NCBI GenBank assembly: GCA_040757435.1
Contig: JBFLXC010000002.1
Location: 1-60,231, forward strand
Length of the DNA stretch: 60,231 nucleotides
Direction of reading: 5' to 3'
Source of the DNA: Spirochaetota bacterium
GTDB lineage: Bacteria > Spirochaetota > Spirochaetia > Treponematales > Rectinemataceae
Below the pieces are notes generated by a model. It made no database searches and was not told where the DNA came from. It saw nothing but the letters and a program-made list of their open reading frames with translations. Both the position numbers and the translations under genes were made by a program. Of the stretch, positions 44,544-52,544 are shown piece after piece. Numbering within the stretch: the first letter of the stretch is position 1; each line of letters starts with the position of its first letter.

Positions 44544-44815
44544 AGGCGATCCATTGTTTCGTCCGGGGTGAAGTCCAGGGCGTGGGCTACCGCTATTCCG
44601 CGGCCAGGGAGGCCCGCTCGCTGGGAGTGGTCGGCTGGGTGCGCAACCTGGAGGACGGCTCCGTGGAAGTCTGGGCTGAAGGGCGGGAGGAGGACCTCAA
44701 GGTCTTCGAGGATTGGCTCTGGAAGGGCCCTTCCTCCGCCGTCGTCAGGGGAGTCGATGCGTCCTGGGCGACTCCGACAGGCAGGTACGAATCCTTCGGC
44801 GTGGCTTTTTCCTGA
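44540..44815 (+). CDS. acyP: Acylphosphatase
   Basis: 91 aa. 'V.G.VQGVGYR' and 'GWVRN..DGSVE' signatures. ATGA overlap with the upstream stop. Confidence 0.88.
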   Translation: MKAIHCFVRGEVQGVGYRYSAAREARSLGVVGWVRNLEDGSVEVWAEGREEDLKVFEDWLWKGPSSAVVRGVDASWATPTGRYESFGVAFS

Positions 44816-44853
44816 AACAAATCCTGCGTATATTCAATATGCAAGGAGATACA

Positions 44854-45654
44854 ATGGACACTGGACTGAAAGGAAAAGTCATTTTCGCCTCCGCCGCCAC
44901 CGACGGCCTGGGGCTCGCCATCGCCAAAAAGGCAGCCGAGGAAGGTGCCCTGGTATTCTTAGGCGGCAGGAGCAAGGAGAGGCTTGACCAGGCCGTCGGG
45001 GCTCTTTCCGCCCTGGCCGGGCCTTCGGGCGGAAAGGCGGCGGGCTTTGCGCTGGACATGGCGTCGCCCGAGTCCATCCTCGCCTGGGTGGAGGAGGGGA
45101 TGAAAGCCTTGGGCGAACCCTGGGGCGTACTGGTCAACTCAGGCGGGCCGCCTCCCGGAGACTTTGAGTCAATCCCGGACGACAAGGCCTGGTACACGGC
45201 CTTCGAACTCACCCTCATGTCCTCCGTGAGGCTCATCCGGGCTGTCCTGCCCTCGATAAAGAAGCAAAGGGGATCGATCCTCACCATCACCTCCAGTTCC
45301 GTCAAGGAGCCTTGGCCGGGGCTTATCCTCTCAGGCATCATGAGGTCAGGGGTGGCGAGCCTGGTCAAGTCGCTTTCGATAGAACTGGCGCCCGCGGGGG
45401 TGCGGGTCAACAACATCGCCCCGGGAAACATTGCCACGGGCAGGCTGGACAGGCTCATCGCCTCCGAAGCATCCCAGAAAGGCATCAGGCCCGAGGAGCA
45501 GAGGGCGGTACGACAAGCCGCCATACCCTTGGGGAGGATAGGAGAAACCGAGGAGTTCGGAGCCGCCGGAGCCTTCGTCCTTTCCCCCGCCGCTTCCTAC
45601 ATCACCGGCCAGACAATCATGGTGGACGGCGGAGCCACCAAGTTCCTCTACTGA
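44854..45654 (+). CDS. SDR-family oxidoreductase
   Basis: About 266 aa. The Gly-rich motif 'ASAATDGLGLA' is atypical, with an SDR-like remainder. Start taken at ATG 44854, preceded by AAGGAG. Confidence 0.7.
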   Translation: MDTGLKGKVIFASAATDGLGLAIAKKAAEEGALVFLGGRSKERLDQAVGALSALAGPSGGKAAGFALDMASPESILAWVEEGMKALGEPWGVLVNSGGPPPGDFESIPDDKAWYTAFELTLMSSVRLIRAVLPSIKKQRGSILTITSSSVKEPWPGLILSGIMRSGVASLVKSLSIELAPAGVRVNNIAPGNIATGRLDRLIASEASQKGIRPEEQRAVRQAAIPLGRIGETEEFGAAGAFVLSPAASYITGQTIMVDGGATKFLY

Positions 45655-45656
45655 AA

Positions 45657-46436
45657 TCAGGTCCTGAAGGTCCTCGGATCGCGGCGGAAGAATAGGCTCA
45701 GGTGGGCGTACACCTGGGGATATTCCTCCGCCAATACTCTTGGGGTTTCCCAGAAATACTCGCAGGCCACGGCGAAAAACTCGTCCGGGCTTTCGGCCCC
45801 GTAGGCGTCGATGGGACTCCGCTTTCTCTTTCCTCGGGCGGATTTTCCCTTGAGATCCTGGAAAGCCTGGGAAAAGTCCCTGGTCCAGGCGTCTTGGTCC
45901 ATGCCCCTGTGGAGGGGAGGGCAGCCGTCGCAGGCGCCGTCGAGGCCGTCCAGCTTGTGGGCCATCTCATGGATCACCACGTTGTAGCCTTCTCCCCAGC
46001 CCGAGGCTTCGATGTCCGGGATGGAGAGGGCCACGGGGCCTAGGGAAAAGGCTTCTCCGGCGAATTCGTCCTCGTACTCCTGGACGACCCCGCCTTCAAG
46101 CTCGATTTTCTGGGTCACAGGGTAGGCCTTTGGCGTGAGGTAGATGGTGGAGAAATCCCTGTACCAGCCGAGGTCAAGGCCAAGGAGGGGGAGGCAGGCC
46201 TGGGCGGCCACCGAAACCTTCGTCTCCTCTTCGGCCGCGGCGCCCCCCACGGGGATGAATCGCTTCGCGGCCAGGAAGGCGGCGGCAAGGTTCCTGAGGC
46301 GGAGGGAGTCCGGCTCCCCAAGGCCGCGGAAAATCGGATGCTCCTTGATAGCCCATGCCCAGAGCTCCTCGCGGATGGGCGGCGCCTTGGGGCCTGCGGA
46401 GTTCCGCCAGTTTTTCAGCCTCTCCCAGATTCCCAT
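45657..46436 (-). CDS. mtfA: MtfA-like zinc metallopeptidase (M90 family)
   Basis: 'HEMAHKLD' zinc motif, and the N-terminus aligns with E. coli MtfA from MGIWERL. The GTG at 46463 is a possible alternative start. Confidence 0.8.
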   Translation of the reverse strand: MGIWERLKNWRNSAGPKAPPIREELWAWAIKEHPIFRGLGEPDSLRLRNLAAAFLAAKRFIPVGGAAAEEETKVSVAAQACLPLLGLDLGWYRDFSTIYLTPKAYPVTQKIELEGGVVQEYEDEFAGEAFSLGPVALSIPDIEASGWGEGYNVVIHEMAHKLDGLDGACDGCPPLHRGMDQDAWTRDFSQAFQDLKGKSARGKRKRSPIDAYGAESPDEFFAVACEYFWETPRVLAEEYPQVYAHLSLFFRRDPRTFRT

Positions 46437-46466
46437 GGCTCCACTATACCCGTCCCTAGGCACGTC

Positions 46467-46495
46467 TTGACAACCCCTTTCCTTTCGCGTAATGT
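46467..46495 (+). promoter_or_regulatory. Sigma70-like promoter of the tRNA/ffs array
   Basis: TTGACA (46467-46472), 17 nt, TAATGT (46490-46495), about 30 nt upstream of the first tRNA. Confidence 0.5.
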
Positions 46496-46526
46496 CATCA
46501 CTCGCCGATTCATTGGATTTGCGTGT

Positions 46527-46611
46527 GGAGCGGTGTCCGAGTGGCTTAAGGAGGCGGTCTTGAAAACCGTTGTACCGCGAGGTACCGGGGGTTCGAATCC
46601 CCCCTGCTCCG
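46527..46611 (+). tRNA. tRNA-Ser (anticodon UGA)
   Basis: Class II cloverleaf with a long variable arm. Anticodon loop CTTGAAA, T-loop GGTTCGAATCC. The acceptor stem pairs with one G-U. CCA is not encoded. Confidence 0.85.
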
Positions 46612-46629
46612 TAGCCTTAGGTCCTGCCA

Positions 46630-46717
<88 letters not shown>

Positions 46718-46723
46718 TTTCGC

Positions 46724-46797
46724 GAGGCTATAGCTCAGCTGGATAGAGCTTCAGATTGCGGATCTGAAGGTCGGAGGTTCGAATCCTCTTAGCCTCA
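46724..46797 (+). tRNA. tRNA-Arg (anticodon GCG)
   Basis: 74 nt. Acceptor GAGGCTA/TAGCCTC. The D-arm TAGCTCAGCTGGATAGAGC (with A20) is nearly identical to E. coli tRNA-Arg. Anticodon stem TCAGA/TCTGA, loop TTGCGGA. Confidence 0.8.
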
Positions 46798-46807
46798 TTC
46801 TTCTTGT

Positions 46808-46894
46808 GGAGAGATGCGAGAGCGGCTGAATCGGGCGGTCTCGAAAACCGTTGAACCTTCATTGGTTCCGGGGGTTCGAATCCCCCTCTCTCCG
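46808..46894 (+). tRNA. tRNA-Ser (anticodon CGA)
   Basis: Acceptor GGAGAGA/TCTCTCC, anticodon loop CTCGAAA, long variable arm. Confidence 0.85.
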
Positions 46895-46963
46895 CCTAGC
46901 CGCCTTCTGCCTTCGCTCCCGGAAGAAAGATGCGGTTTTTGTCTTCGTTTCGTTTTTCGCCTT

Positions 46964-47050
46964 GGAGAGATGACCGAGCGGCCGAAGGTGCGCGATTGGA
47001 AGTCGCGTGTATCCGTAAGGGTACCGAGGGTTCAAATCCCTCTCTCTCCG
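46964..47050 (+). tRNA. tRNA-Ser (anticodon GGA)
   Basis: Acceptor GGAGAGA/TCTCTCC, anticodon stem CGCGA/TCGCG, loop TTGGAAG, long variable arm, T-loop GGTTCAAATCC. Confidence 0.8.
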
Positions 47051-47056
47051 TAGCAT

Positions 47057-47179
47057 CCTGGAGCGCAAGAAGCCAGGCACTGTGCTCGTAACCGCCGCGG
47101 AACCCCGCCAGGTCCGGAAGGAAGCAACGGTACGCGGAAGGTGCGGTGCCGCAGAGCGCCTGGCTTCTTGCGCTCCAAG
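47057..47179 (+). ncRNA. ffs: Small (4.5S-type) signal recognition particle RNA
   Basis: A 22-bp closing helix (47057-47078 pairs 21/22 with 47158-47179). The conserved domain IV core CCAGGTCCGGAAGGAAGCA lies at about 47108-47126. It sits directly upstream of dnaX, as in many bacteria. Confidence 0.85.
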
Positions 47180-47217
47180 TGCTTTACCCTCTTCGCCCTC
47201 CGTGCTATTTTCATCCC

Positions 47218-49314
47218 ATGCCCTATGAAGTGACCGCCTCGCGAAAAAGACCCCAATCCTTCGAACAGCTGGCGGGCCAGGATTTTGTCGCCGCGACCTT
47301 GGAAAAATCCCTGGAGACGGGGCGGATTGCCCACGCCTATCTTTTTTCCGGGCCCCGAGGCTGCGGCAAGACCAGCACGGCGCGGATCCTCGCCAAGGCC
47401 CTCAACTGCGAGACCGGACCAACCCCACATCCCTGCGGCTCCTGCGATTCCTGCAAGTCCATCGCGGCGGGCTCCTCCTTCGACGTGATCGAGATAGACG
47501 GGGCGTCCAACACGTCCGTGGACAATGTGAGGCAGATCAAGGACGAAGTCCTGTTTCCGCCCAACTCCTCGAAATACAAGATCTACATCATCGACGAAGT
47601 CCACATGCTCTCCACCAGCGCCTTCAACGCCCTGCTCAAGACAATAGAGGAGCCTCCTCCCTATGTGGTCTTCATGTTCGCCACCACGGAGCAGCACAAG
47701 GTGCCGGCCACCATAAAAAGCCGCTGCCAGCAATTCACCTTCCGCCTCGTAGGCGCTGAAACCATCGTGGGCCTCCTAGGCCAGGCGGCCCGGGAGATGG
47801 GGGTGGAGGCGGAGGAGGAAGCCCTGCTCTGGATCGCCCGTGAATCGGGAGGCTCCGTGCGGGACGCCTACACCCTCTTCGACCAGGTTGTATCCTTCGC
47901 CGAGGGCAGGATCAGCGCAGCATTGATCCGGGACAAGCTGGGCCTGGTTGGCCAGGACAGGATGAACGCCCTATTCGGCCGCTTCGTCGCCGGGGATACG
48001 CCGGGGGCCTTGGAAGACTTGAACTCCCTCCTCTCCTCCGGAGTCTCGCCCGAGCAGTTCATCGTCGACACGGTGGAATACTGCCGCGCCCTTCTGCTCA
48101 TCAAGAACGGCATCACCAAGGAGAGCCTCCTCGGCGCCCCGCTGTCCTCCTTCGACCTCTCCGTATCCGAGGCCTTGGGCGCGGAAAGCGTGGAACGGCT
48201 TCTCTCGATCTTCCTTTCCTCCTACAGGACACTCAAGGATTCCATCGATCCGCGCTACGAGCTTGACTTGGCCGCGGCCAAGGCATCCCATATCGCCGAC
48301 TACGTCTCCCCGGGGGAGCTTTCCAGGGCGGTGAGGACCCTGAGGCAGGTCTTGTCCCAGCCTTCCTCGGGCCAAGGCCTGGAGATCCGCTCCTCGCCCC
48401 GGGTAGCCTCCCCGACCCAGGCCCAGGCCCAGACCCAGGCGAGGGCTCAAGGGGCGGAGCCTCGGACGCAGCCGCTTTCCCAGGCCCAGCCGTCGGCTAG
48501 GTCCCAGCCGCCTGCCCAGGTCCAGCCGCCGTCCTCGCCTCAAGCGCAGCCCCAAGCCCAAGCCCAACCCCAGGCGCAGCCCCAGGCGCAGCCCCAAGCC
48601 CTCCCCTCCTTGGGGGAGCTGAAGAAATCCCTCGTGGCGGAGATCAGGAAAAACAACGTCCTTCTCGCCACGACCCTGGACAAGAGCGCCGATTGGAAGC
48701 TTGGGGGCGGGAACCTCAGCCTGGCCGCGGCCTCTGCCATGGAATTCGACCTCCTGCGCCGCTTCGTCGGGATAATCGCCGAAGTCGTGGTTCGAAAGTA
48801 CGGAGTCTCCCTGCGGATAGACATCGAGGCGCGCCACGCGGCGAGACCCCCCGCGCCGGTCCAGGAACAGGCCCGGGATCAGTCCCAGGTACAGCCTCGG
48901 GATCAACCCCAGGAGCAGTCCCAGGAGCAGGCGGCCTCGCTTTCTCCCTTCCGGCCGGAAGGTACGGGCGGGGAGCAACCTCCCAGGATTGCCAGGGATC
49001 CGGCCGTGCGGGAAGGGCGGTTCAGGGAAGGCCAAGCCGCCCATATAGGCATGGGCGCCGACACAGGCCCGTCCTTAGGAACTTCCGGCGCCGCGGATGC
49101 GGCATATGTCGCGGATGAAAGGGAGAAAGAGGCGGTGGGGATGGTGGAGAGATTCTTCAAGGGATCCGTGGTAGGCTACGCTGCGCCCTCGCGGTCGTCG
49201 GGGGAAAAGGCCCTGGGTTCTCCTGGGGCTGAGAAACCAGGGCGGCGTCCCGTGGATTCCTCCTACGGCGCCGACTACGACGACAGGCCCGATCCCGTGG
49301 ATCTGGGCGACTAA
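47218..49314 (+). CDS. dnaX: DNA polymerase III subunit tau/gamma with a long low-complexity linker
   Basis: 'MPYEVTASRKRPQSFEQLAGQ', Walker A 'GPRGCGKTS', zinc module 'CGSCDSC', 'IDEVHML'. Start taken at ATG 47218, because the track start 47146 lies inside the SRP RNA. Q/A/P-rich repeats occupy the middle of the protein. Confidence 0.9.
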   Translation: MPYEVTASRKRPQSFEQLAGQDFVAATLEKSLETGRIAHAYLFSGPRGCGKTSTARILAKALNCETGPTPHPCGSCDSCKSIAAGSSFDVIEIDGASNTSVDNVRQIKDEVLFPPNSSKYKIYIIDEVHMLSTSAFNALLKTIEEPPPYVVFMFATTEQHKVPATIKSRCQQFTFRLVGAETIVGLLGQAAREMGVEAEEEALLWIARESGGSVRDAYTLFDQVVSFAEGRISAALIRDKLGLVGQDRMNALFGRFVAGDTPGALEDLNSLLSSGVSPEQFIVDTVEYCRALLLIKNGITKESLLGAPLSSFDLSVSEALGAESVERLLSIFLSSYRTLKDSIDPRYELDLAAAKASHIADYVSPGELSRAVRTLRQVLSQPSSGQGLEIRSSPRVASPTQAQAQTQARAQGAEPRTQPLSQAQPSARSQPPAQVQPPSSPQAQPQAQAQPQAQPQAQPQALPSLGELKKSLVAEIRKNNVLLATTLDKSADWKLGGGNLSLAAASAMEFDLLRRFVGIIAEVVVRKYGVSLRIDIEARHAARPPAPVQEQARDQSQVQPRDQPQEQSQEQAASLSPFRPEGTGGEQPPRIARDPAVREGRFREGQAAHIGMGADTGPSLGTSGAADAAYVADEREKEAVGMVERFFKGSVVGYAAPSRSSGEKALGSPGAEKPGRRPVDSSYGADYDDRPDPVDLGD
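48415..48603 (+). repeat. In-frame (CAG/CAA-GCC/CCC)n microsatellite-like repeat inside dnaX
   Basis: It encodes 'QAQAQTQARAQ...QAQPQAQAQPQAQPQAQPQA'. The densest part, 48541-48600, reads caagcgcagccccaagcccaagcccaaccccaggcgcagccccaggcgcagccccaagcc. Confidence 0.8.
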
Positions 49315-49352
49315 ATTAAATTGCGGACTCAAGGGAAGGGGAGAGAAAACCC

Positions 49353-49700
49353 ATGGAACTGAACGATTTATTCAATATGATCAAGAATCCCCAGGCCATA
49401 CAGGCCAGGGCCGAGGAGCTTCGCCGCAAGACCGCTGCCTTGCGGGCCACTGGCCAGTCCGGGGGAGGAATGGCGAAGGTCACCCTTTCCGGAGAAATGG
49501 AAATGCTGGAGTGCTGGATTTCTCCCGAGATCGTGGATCCCTCTGATCCGGCGATCATAGGGGACTTGGTGCGGGCCGCCCACCACGACGCGGCGGAGAA
49601 AATCCAGGGAGCCATCAGGCAGCAGCTGGCGGAAAGCATGGGCGACATTCCCCTGCCGCCGGGAATGTTCGGCAACGGCAACCCCTTCGGCAGCTTCTGA
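49353..49700 (+). CDS. ybaB: YbaB/EbfC-family nucleoid-associated protein
   Basis: 115 aa. 'GGGMAKVTLSGEMEMLE..I.PEIVDPSD...IGDLV.AA..DA' is typical of YbaB. It occupies the conserved dnaX-ybaB-recR position. Confidence 0.88.
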   Translation: MELNDLFNMIKNPQAIQARAEELRRKTAALRATGQSGGGMAKVTLSGEMEMLECWISPEIVDPSDPAIIGDLVRAAHHDAAEKIQGAIRQQLAESMGDIPLPPGMFGNGNPFGSF

Positions 49701-50293
49701 TGCGCGCCTTGGAGGAACTTGCCTCCCTCTTCACCCGTCTTCCCGGCATAGGGCGCAAGAGCGCCTTGAGGATGACCTACCACCTCCTCAAGGCTGACCA
49801 GAAGTTCGCGGACGCCCTGGCCGAGAGGATCAGGAAGCTGAGGGAGGAGGTGCGGTTCTGCTCGGTCTGCGGATCCTATACCGAAGAAGACCCCTGCCCG
49901 GTCTGCCAGGGCGCTGACAGGGACCGCCGCATCATCTGCGTGGTGGAGCAGCCCCAGGATGTCCTCACCCTGGAAGCCTCCAGGGAATACAGGGGCTTGT
50001 ACCACGTCCTGGGAGGACTCCTCTCTCCCCTGGACGGCATAGGGCCGGACAAGCTGAGGATATCCTCCCTCCTCCAGCGCATCCGGGATGCCGCCGTCCC
50101 GATCCAGGAAGTCGTGCTCGCCACCAACCCCACGGTGGAAGGAGACACCACGGCCCTCTATATCAAGAAAGTATTGGAAAGGGAAGGCGTAAGGGTCACC
50201 CGACTCGCCACGGGTATACCCGTGGGAGGGGACCTGGAGTACGCCGACCGGCTGACCTTGGCGAGGTCCTTCCTGGGAAGGACGCCCCTTTAA
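49700..50293 (+). CDS. recR: Recombination protein RecR
   Basis: 197 aa. 'LPGIG.KSA.R', zinc finger 'CSVCGSYTEEDPCPVC', Toprim 'ICVVE...D'. 1-nt overlap (TGATG) with ybaB. Confidence 0.92.
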   Translation: MRALEELASLFTRLPGIGRKSALRMTYHLLKADQKFADALAERIRKLREEVRFCSVCGSYTEEDPCPVCQGADRDRRIICVVEQPQDVLTLEASREYRGLYHVLGGLLSPLDGIGPDKLRISSLLQRIRDAAVPIQEVVLATNPTVEGDTTALYIKKVLEREGVRVTRLATGIPVGGDLEYADRLTLARSFLGRTPL

Positions 50294-50318
50294 TTGCCTT
50301 GATCCATAAGGAGAAGCG

Positions 50319-50678
50319 ATGCTCATCCACGACATAGTCCGCACCTTGGACGCCCACGTGTACTGCGGCGAAAGCCAGCTCGGCCTTGAGGTGCAGGCCG
50401 CCTGCGGAGCCGACCTCATGAGCGACGTCATGGCCTTCGTGAAGGAACGGGTCGTCCTGCTCACGGGGCTCATGAACCCCCAGGCCCTTAGGACAGCCGA
50501 CCTCCTGGACATCAAGGTCGTAGTGTTCGTGAGGGGCAAGAAACCCACCCCGGATCTGATCGCCATGGCCGAGGAGTCGGGCATGGTCCTCATGACCACC
50601 AAGTATTCCATGTTCCTGGCCTGCGGCAGGCTCTACGAGGCGGGCCTAAGGAGCGGCGGCGTGCGGGAAATTTCCTGA
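50319..50678 (+). CDS. DRTGG-domain protein
   Basis: 119 aa. 'GADLMSDVMAFVKERVVLLTGLMNPQALRTADLLDIKVVVFVRGKKP' matches the DRTGG-domain pattern (DRTGG position reads LLTGL). RBS AAGGAG. Confidence 0.65.
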   Translation: MLIHDIVRTLDAHVYCGESQLGLEVQAACGADLMSDVMAFVKERVVLLTGLMNPQALRTADLLDIKVVVFVRGKKPTPDLIAMAEESGMVLMTTKYSMFLACGRLYEAGLRSGGVREIS

Positions 50679-50686
50679 GGCCGCAG

Positions 50687-51130
50687 GTGAGGGTCAGCTA
50701 CACCATACCCGCCATGGATTTCCAGGCGGCGGGCAAGGCGTCCACGGAGGTCAAGAGGCTTTTGGCCCGGTTGGGATTGGACGCCGAATTCATTAAGCGC
50801 GTCGTCGTGGCCATGTACGAAGGGGAGATGAACATCGCCATCCACGGGGGAGGGGGATCGGTTGAGCTGGATGTCGACCCTTCCCTGGTGGAAATACGCC
50901 TTGAGGACCAGGGCCCGGGCATAGAGGACATTGGGCTTGCCATGACGGAAGGGTATTCCACCGCCAGCGAAGCGGTTCGCAGCATGGGATTCGGGGCGGG
51001 CATGGGCCTTCCCAACATGAAGCGCAACGCCGACTCCCTTGAGATCGAGAGCGCCCCGGCCAAGGGAACCAAGGTTCTCCTGCGCTTCGCCATCCCGACG
51101 GACCGAGGAGCCGCAGGCGGGACGGCATGA
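50687..51130 (+). CDS. Small HATPase_c-type ATP-binding protein (anti-sigma-factor/serine kinase-like)
   Basis: 147 aa with a GTG start. 'E...N...HG', 'DQGPGIED' and 'GFGAGMGLPNM' are N-, G1- and G2-box-like motifs, as in SpoIIAB/RsbW-type kinases. Confidence 0.7.
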   Translation: MRVSYTIPAMDFQAAGKASTEVKRLLARLGLDAEFIKRVVVAMYEGEMNIAIHGGGGSVELDVDPSLVEIRLEDQGPGIEDIGLAMTEGYSTASEAVRSMGFGAGMGLPNMKRNADSLEIESAPAKGTKVLLRFAIPTDRGAAGGTA

Positions 51131-52401
51131 GCGAAAATCTCTTCCATTCGGTATATCTCGACCGGTCCCTATGCATAGGCTGCACCACCTGCATCAAGCG
51201 GTGCCCTACCCAAGCCATACGGGTGAGGGACGGGAAGGCCCATATCATGGAGGAGCGGTGCATAGACTGCGGCGAATGCATACGCGCCTGTCCCAAGGGC
51301 GCCAAGAAATCCGTCTCCGACCCTTTGGCCCTCATGGACGGCTTCGACTATAAGATCGCCCTTCCCGCCCCTTCCCTGTACGGGCAGTTCGGCGGGAGTT
51401 ATGGCTTGGAGGAGATCGCGCAATCCCTCCTTTCCGTCGGCTTCGATGAAGTCTTCGACGTCGCCTGGGGAGCGGAGATCCTCTCCGACGCCATCGCCAA
51501 GGACAATGGTACAGCCCGGCCCAGGATTTCCAGCGCCTGCCCCGTGGTGGTGCGCCTCATCCAACTTCGTTTTCCTTCCCTCATTCCCAACCTCGTGCCC
51601 TTCCTGCCCCCCGTTGAAATCGCCGCCCGGGAGATCCGGGGGAAGAGGGAGGGAAGGGCGGCGAGGGTGGGAGTGTTCTTCATAAGCCCCTGCACCTCCA
51701 AGGTCACCGCCATCAGGTCTCCCCTGGGCTACGGCGCCTCCGCCGTGGACGCGGTGTTTTCCTTCCATGATCTCTACGCAGGCCTCAGGCAGGCCCTGAA
51801 GCGGAACGCCCGGGAAGGAATCGTGCATAAAAATACCGATCCCGATTGGAAACGGATCCGGGAGGCCGCGCAGGCGCCCAAGCTGCGCATAGGAAGAGGA
51901 CTGGGCTGGGCAAGGTCGGACGGAGAGCTGGAAGCCTTGGACCTGGCGGGGGCCGTGTCGGTGGACGGGATCGGCAACGTGATCGCCTTGCTGGAGGAAT
52001 TGGACAACGGGAAGCTGGAGGAAATCCCTTATATCGAGGCCCTGGCATGCCCCGGGGGATGCGTGGGCGGACCCATGGCGGTGGCCAACCCCCACGTGGC
52101 AAGGACAGCCATCAAGGCCATGGCCAGGGAGGCGGCCTCGGGCTACGCCGTCGAAGCCCCGGATTTCTCCCTCCTTTGGGAAAGCGATTTGCCGCCCAAA
52201 CCCGTCATGGTCCTCCACAGGGACATGGCCAAGGCCCTGGAGATGGCCGAAGCCATGGAAAAGATCGTCGCGTCCCTGCCCGGACTGGATTGCGGGGCCT
52301 GCGGAGCCCCGGATTGCGCGGCCTTGGCGGAGGACATGGTGAAGGGCCAGGCCAGGCTAGAGGACTGTTTGGTGAGGCTCAGAACTTCGCATAGTTATTG
52401 A
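51127..52401 (+). CDS. [FeFe]-hydrogenase-like protein, putative sensory type (2x[4Fe-4S], H-domain, C-terminal Cx2Cx4Cx16C)
   Basis: 424 aa. 'CIGCTTCIKRCP' and 'CIDCGECIRACP' ferredoxin motifs. H-cluster-like L1 'SSACP' (canonical TSCCP), L2 'SPCTSK' (MPCxxK), L3 'ALACPGGCVGGP'. C-terminal 'CGACGAPDC-x16-C'. ATGA overlap with the upstream gene. Confidence 0.75.
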   Translation: MSENLFHSVYLDRSLCIGCTTCIKRCPTQAIRVRDGKAHIMEERCIDCGECIRACPKGAKKSVSDPLALMDGFDYKIALPAPSLYGQFGGSYGLEEIAQSLLSVGFDEVFDVAWGAEILSDAIAKDNGTARPRISSACPVVVRLIQLRFPSLIPNLVPFLPPVEIAAREIRGKREGRAARVGVFFISPCTSKVTAIRSPLGYGASAVDAVFSFHDLYAGLRQALKRNAREGIVHKNTDPDWKRIREAAQAPKLRIGRGLGWARSDGELEALDLAGAVSVDGIGNVIALLEELDNGKLEEIPYIEALACPGGCVGGPMAVANPHVARTAIKAMAREAASGYAVEAPDFSLLWESDLPPKPVMVLHRDMAKALEMAEAMEKIVASLPGLDCGACGAPDCAALAEDMVKGQARLEDCLVRLRTSHSY

Positions 52402-52408
52402 AGAAAAT

Positions 52409-52437
52409 TTGACAAATACCGATAAGATCATTATAGT
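52409..52437 (+). promoter_or_regulatory. Sigma70-like promoter upstream of the glycoside hydrolase gene
   Basis: TTGACA (52409-52414), 17 nt, TATAGT (52432-52437). This predicts a leader of about 100 nt before the TTG start at 52545. Confidence 0.5.
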
Positions 52438-52544
52438 GGGTTACACATATTTCGCCATAATCCGCCAAACGGGATACTTTGCTGATACTTGCGTAAGAAT
52501 ACAGGCGTCGCAGTCCGTGAAAGCATCCGAGAGAGGGTTCGTTC

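Noticed and set aside
47146-47217. Upstream extension of dnaX offered by the ORF track (start 47146)
   Set aside because: The extension lies inside the 3' arm of the SRP RNA helix. The conserved DnaX N-terminus (MPYEV..RKRPQSFEQL.GQ) begins at ATG 47218.
48415-48603. Repetitive DNA inside dnaX, considered as a possible CRISPR array or other non-coding array
   Set aside because: The repeat unit is only about 6 nt, is in frame, and translates to a Q/A/P tract inside a continuous ORF. There is no repeat-spacer architecture and there are no cas genes.
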